DNA of 64,000 bases from Eledone cirrhosa. Its lineage: Eukaryota. The position numbers were made by a program, and so were the translations under genes. The stretch is from positions 32,364,001-32,428,000 of the forward strand of contig OZ024752.1 in assembly GCA_964016885.1 (NCBI GenBank). The letters run 5' to 3'. Below the pieces are notes generated by a model. The model was not told the DNA's origin, searched no databases, and saw only the letters and a program-made list of their open reading frames with translations. Shown here piece by piece: positions 59,732-64,000 of this stretch; within the stretch, counting starts at the first letter, position 1; each line of letters starts with the position of its first letter.

Positions 59732-59912
59732 GATACACACACACATACACATACATACACACACACACACATATATATACACAAATAAATACACTCACAC
59801 GCATACATTCAAACACGAGTATACATATGTATAAATATCTATACACACACACATACACACACATATATATATATATATACATACATATATATATACATAC
59901 ACATATATATAT

Positions 59913-59953
<41 letters not shown>

Positions 59954-59956
59954 TAT

Positions 59957-59988
<32 letters not shown>

Positions 59989-60008
59989 CTCTATACACAC
60001 ACATACAA

Positions 60009-60052
<44 letters not shown>

Positions 60053-60155
60053 ATACATACACAAACATACACATACATACACAGACCTATACATAAATAT
60101 ACACATATATATACAGACATATAACGCACATATACACACACATATATATATACAT

Positions 60156-60232
<77 letters not shown>

Positions 60233-60284
60233 TAAAAAAATAATGAATAAAACAATGAAACAGCTCCCTATATCAAACAAAAAA

Positions 60285-60576
60285 AGCTCATCATTCAACG
60301 ATCGCCTCCAGGACACATACGTGTTAGAACCGGCATGCATACTCAACAGATCCATGTACAAAACTATACAAAACCACACAAACTATCAAAACCAAACACA
60401 CACACCAAACACATATATATGCCGTCTTCAGAAGACGGCATATATATGTGTTTGGCATGTATACTCAATTTTGATAGCTTGTATAATTTGGCACAACCTT
60501 GCACATAGATTCGTTGAATATGCATGCCAATTCCAACACATATATATCCCAGAAACGATCGTTAAATAATGAACCC

Positions 60577-60577
<1 letters not shown>
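60285..60577. other. Family K hammerhead palindrome with polarised transitions (putatively ADAR-hyperedited)
   Basis: Ungapped arms centred on 60430; about 36 of 38 mismatches are plus-strand T>C. Confidence 0.8.
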
Positions 60578-60653
<76 letters not shown>

Positions 60654-60682
60654 GTATATATGTGTGTGTGTGTGTATGTGTG

Positions 60683-60742
<60 letters not shown>

Positions 60743-61272
60743 CGTATGTATTTGTGTATATGTATTATATATGTATGTATGTATGTATGTGTGTATGTAT
60801 GTGTGTGTACATGAATATATATTTGTATATATTTATATATTTTTTATATATGTGTGTGTGTTTTTATGTGTATATATATGTATATAGGTATGTATATATA
60901 TATATATATATGTATATAGGTATGTATATATATATATATATATATGTATATAGGTATGTATATATATATATATATATGTATATAGGTATGTATATATATA
61001 TATATATATGTATATAGGTATGTATATATATATATATATATGTATACAGGTATGTATATATGTATATAGGTATGTATATATGTACACAGTTATGTATATA
61101 GGTATGTATATATATATATATATGTATACAGGTATGTATATATGTATATAGGTATGTATGTATATATGTATATATGTATATAGGTATGTATATATGTATG
61201 TATATATGTACACAGTTATGTATATAGGTATGTATATATGTATGTATATATGTACACAGTTATGTATATAGG

Positions 61273-61315
<43 letters not shown>

Positions 61316-61459
61316 GCATTGCTTTATATCTGGAGATCTTTCTGCACTTGTCACGTCGTCACATACATATATATATATGTATGCATATAGGTATATATAT
61401 ATATATATATACATGTATATATATATATATATTTGCATACAGTTATGTATACATATGTA

Positions 61460-61515
<56 letters not shown>

Positions 61516-61790
61516 GAGAGAGAGTGTGTGCGCGTTTGTCTGCCAATGGATGTTCCACCGAGCTGATGAATATTCTAGTTATTTGATCAACTACACGATG
61601 TCCTCTAAGTACACTATACTATACAGAGCTTCAGAAAACGTGTGTTACATGCGTGACAAGAATTGATTTAAAGCGTAAAATTGTTGAATATTTTTCACTC
61701 AAAGTATCGCTAAAAGTATATCTATTGGTTTCTTCTGTAGTGGCAAGTATATATAGATAAGATACATTGGAATTATAGAAAGTTTTGTCG

Positions 61791-61847
<57 letters not shown>

Positions 61848-62024
61848 TTTAAAGGATCGATCGACTTTCGTCAAATCGGACCGAGGAAACAATGTTTTCG
61901 TCGGTCTTTCCAGTTGCTAATACTATCTATCGGTCGTAACTCCAGGTAGAAGGAGCAACGTGAAATAAAGTGTCTTGCTCAAGGACATAACGCATCGCCC
62001 GGTCCAGGAATCGAACTCACGATA

Positions 62025-62055
<31 letters not shown>

Positions 62056-62130
62056 ATTGAAGTTTCCGTTGAAAATGGAAAAAGTCATAGGAGTGAAGAG
62101 TGCTCTATGTAAGTACCAGAGCTAAATATT

Positions 62131-62329
62131 TAATGTATAATAAACAATACAATATAATTACCTCATTACCAGAGGTTTCCCGAATAAAACGAATACGAAA
62201 GAAACGTCCTCATTCGTTCGTCCGAATTGCCTTGTCCGACGAACGAATGAGGACGTTTCTACCGTATTCGTCTTATTCGGGAAACCTCTGGTAATGAGGT
62301 AATTATATTGTATTGTTTATTATACATTA
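62131..62329. repeat. Palindrome containing hammerhead-like 3' halves
   Basis: ccgaat...attcgg GAAA CCTC tggtaat GAGG TA; no CUGANGA. Confidence 0.7.
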
Positions 62330-62628
62330 TATATATATATTTCGTTTCTGAATTTGTTTAGCAAGATTCTTTATCTGAAAAGGTGTATTGAAACCGATAT
62401 TGTTATACTTTGGGGGGTCATGTTGCCAATAAGAAACACACGCACCAGTTGCTTTCACTCCAATCCTCTAAATACTCGGCCACGCGCCTTCAAAATATAT
62501 ATGTGTGAGTGTTTATATCAGTTTTCCAAAAGATGTCGACATGAATGGACCTGTTATTTTTATCTAAAGACATTTTTTTTCCAATTCCAACCCGCCCGTC
62601 CCTTCAAACTATCTTATTTCTCATTCTT

Positions 62629-62664
62629 TCTTCTGATGAAGGACGAGCGTCCGAAACGTTAAGA
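62629..62664 (+). ncRNA. Minimal hammerhead ribozyme
   Basis: tctt CTGATGA a GGACG ag CGTCC GAAA CG TT aaga. Confidence 0.75.
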
Positions 62665-62730
62665 CCCTCTTCCTACTATTTCATGCGTTAACTTAATATA
62701 TTCCTTCGAAATACTGTACCGATTGTGTTG

Positions 62731-62804
<74 letters not shown>

Positions 62805-62882
62805 AACAAAGTGGAGGTGTTGCATAAGACATTCATTGCTCAATCCTGGTTACAAATGTTTCAAATAAAGAAACCTTTATTA

Positions 62883-63062
62883 TTGGCAGTATCGGTAGAG
62901 GGTCAGACGCCATGCTTTGCAGCACAGTTACGTCCCTTTACGAACTGAGTTCAAATCCCGCTGAGGTAAACTTTGCCTTTCATCCTTACGGGGTCGATAA
63001 AATAAAGTACCAGTAATGTACTGGGTAATTGCTGCCGTTGTGCCAAAAGTAGAAACAATTAT
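62883..63062 (+). mobile_element. tRNA-derived SINE
   Basis: tggcagtatcggtagag...gagttcaaatcccgc. Confidence 0.85.
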
Positions 63063-63448
63063 TATATACACTCTGCTTTGCATCGAGTGCTGACCTTGGT
63101 ACGCTCACCAGATTTCTTCGGACATACTGAACCTTCTGCGCATATATATACGAGTATATATATTATATTTTATATATACAGAGATAATGTGTGTGTGTGT
63201 GTGTTGTTATATGGAGGGGGGGGGTCATGTTGCCAATAGAAAGAAACACATGCACCATGTAATTTTCACTTTATCTTGTTCGTTTTCACAACGATAATCT
63301 TGCCGAACAAATACATAAACCTATATATATTTTCTATAGTAATAATAATAAATTTGAAGACTAAAATCCAAAGAGGGCTCGATAAGGATAAATATATATC
63401 AAATATATAAGAACCGTAGAGCAAATATTTATTAAAATAACAGATTAA

Positions 63449-63499
63449 AGTTTAAGCAAAGAATCGCTGCTTTCACCCTTAACGGGATCTTCTGAAACT
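63449..63499 (-). ncRNA. Hammerhead with one core substitution (CAGAAGA)
   Basis: agttt CAGAAGA t ccc gttaa ggg t GAAA GCA...TGC TT aaact; a partial inverted copy lies at 25525-25570. Confidence 0.65.
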
Positions 63500-64000
63500 A
63501 AAAAGTTAATCTTTGAACGCAGAAGTAAATATTTCAAAAAACGTTGCAACCGGAGGAAGACAGGAAGACGATACTTTGGTTCGTGGAAACGTTCCCTGGC
63601 AAAGAACGGGAAAGAACGAATATAATACGTCATTAATAGGAGCGGTGAAAAACAATTACGCGCAAAGACAGAACCACGTTTATGGTATAAAAGAGGTCGT
63701 AGACTAATGTTCTCTTAGGTGGTTCATAGAGACGTTCTCTGGCAATGAATGAAAAAAAACGAAGATAATACGTCATATGTGGATCGTGGAGAACAATAGC
63801 ACGCAAAGACAAAACCACGTAAATGGTATAGCAGAAGTCGTAGACTAAAATTCTAACTAGGAGACCGAATGAATCTCCGCTTCAGAGTTAAGAACAAAGT
63901 AAATAAATACAATACAGAAGTAATAGAAATAAATAAATACATACACGCAAACAAATACGTACATACACAAGCATACGCAGAACACTTACCATCGGTATAC

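Overview
This is AT-rich, repeat-dominated eukaryotic DNA with no supportable host protein-coding gene. The tRNA-SINE and RTE-tailed SINE families and the huge (TA)n tracts suggest an octopus or other coleoid cephalopod (inference). The very long ORFs in the track are artefacts of tandem repeats. Conventional content: a 13.5-kb 78-bp satellite derived from a SINE, minisatellites of 47, 100, ~60 and 21-22 bp, SINEs, RTE and Tx1/L1 LINE 3' fragments, a mariner fragment, and hAT, piggyBac, Tc1, Tigger and Helitron-like MITEs. The main hidden layer is about 20 type-I hammerhead ribozyme motifs (CUGANGA...GAAA...UH) from at least 8 diverged families of short non-coding elements, resembling Penelope pseudo-LTRs or retrozymes. 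They sit in (TA)n tracts, usually as head-to-head inverted duplications, and several families share a downstream ACTC...GAGT hairpin. One ribozyme palindrome (60285-60577) has about 36 of 38 arm mismatches of a single polarity, A>G on the minus strand, never after a G. That is the signature of an ADAR-hyperedited dsRNA written back into the genome. All counts were made by eye.
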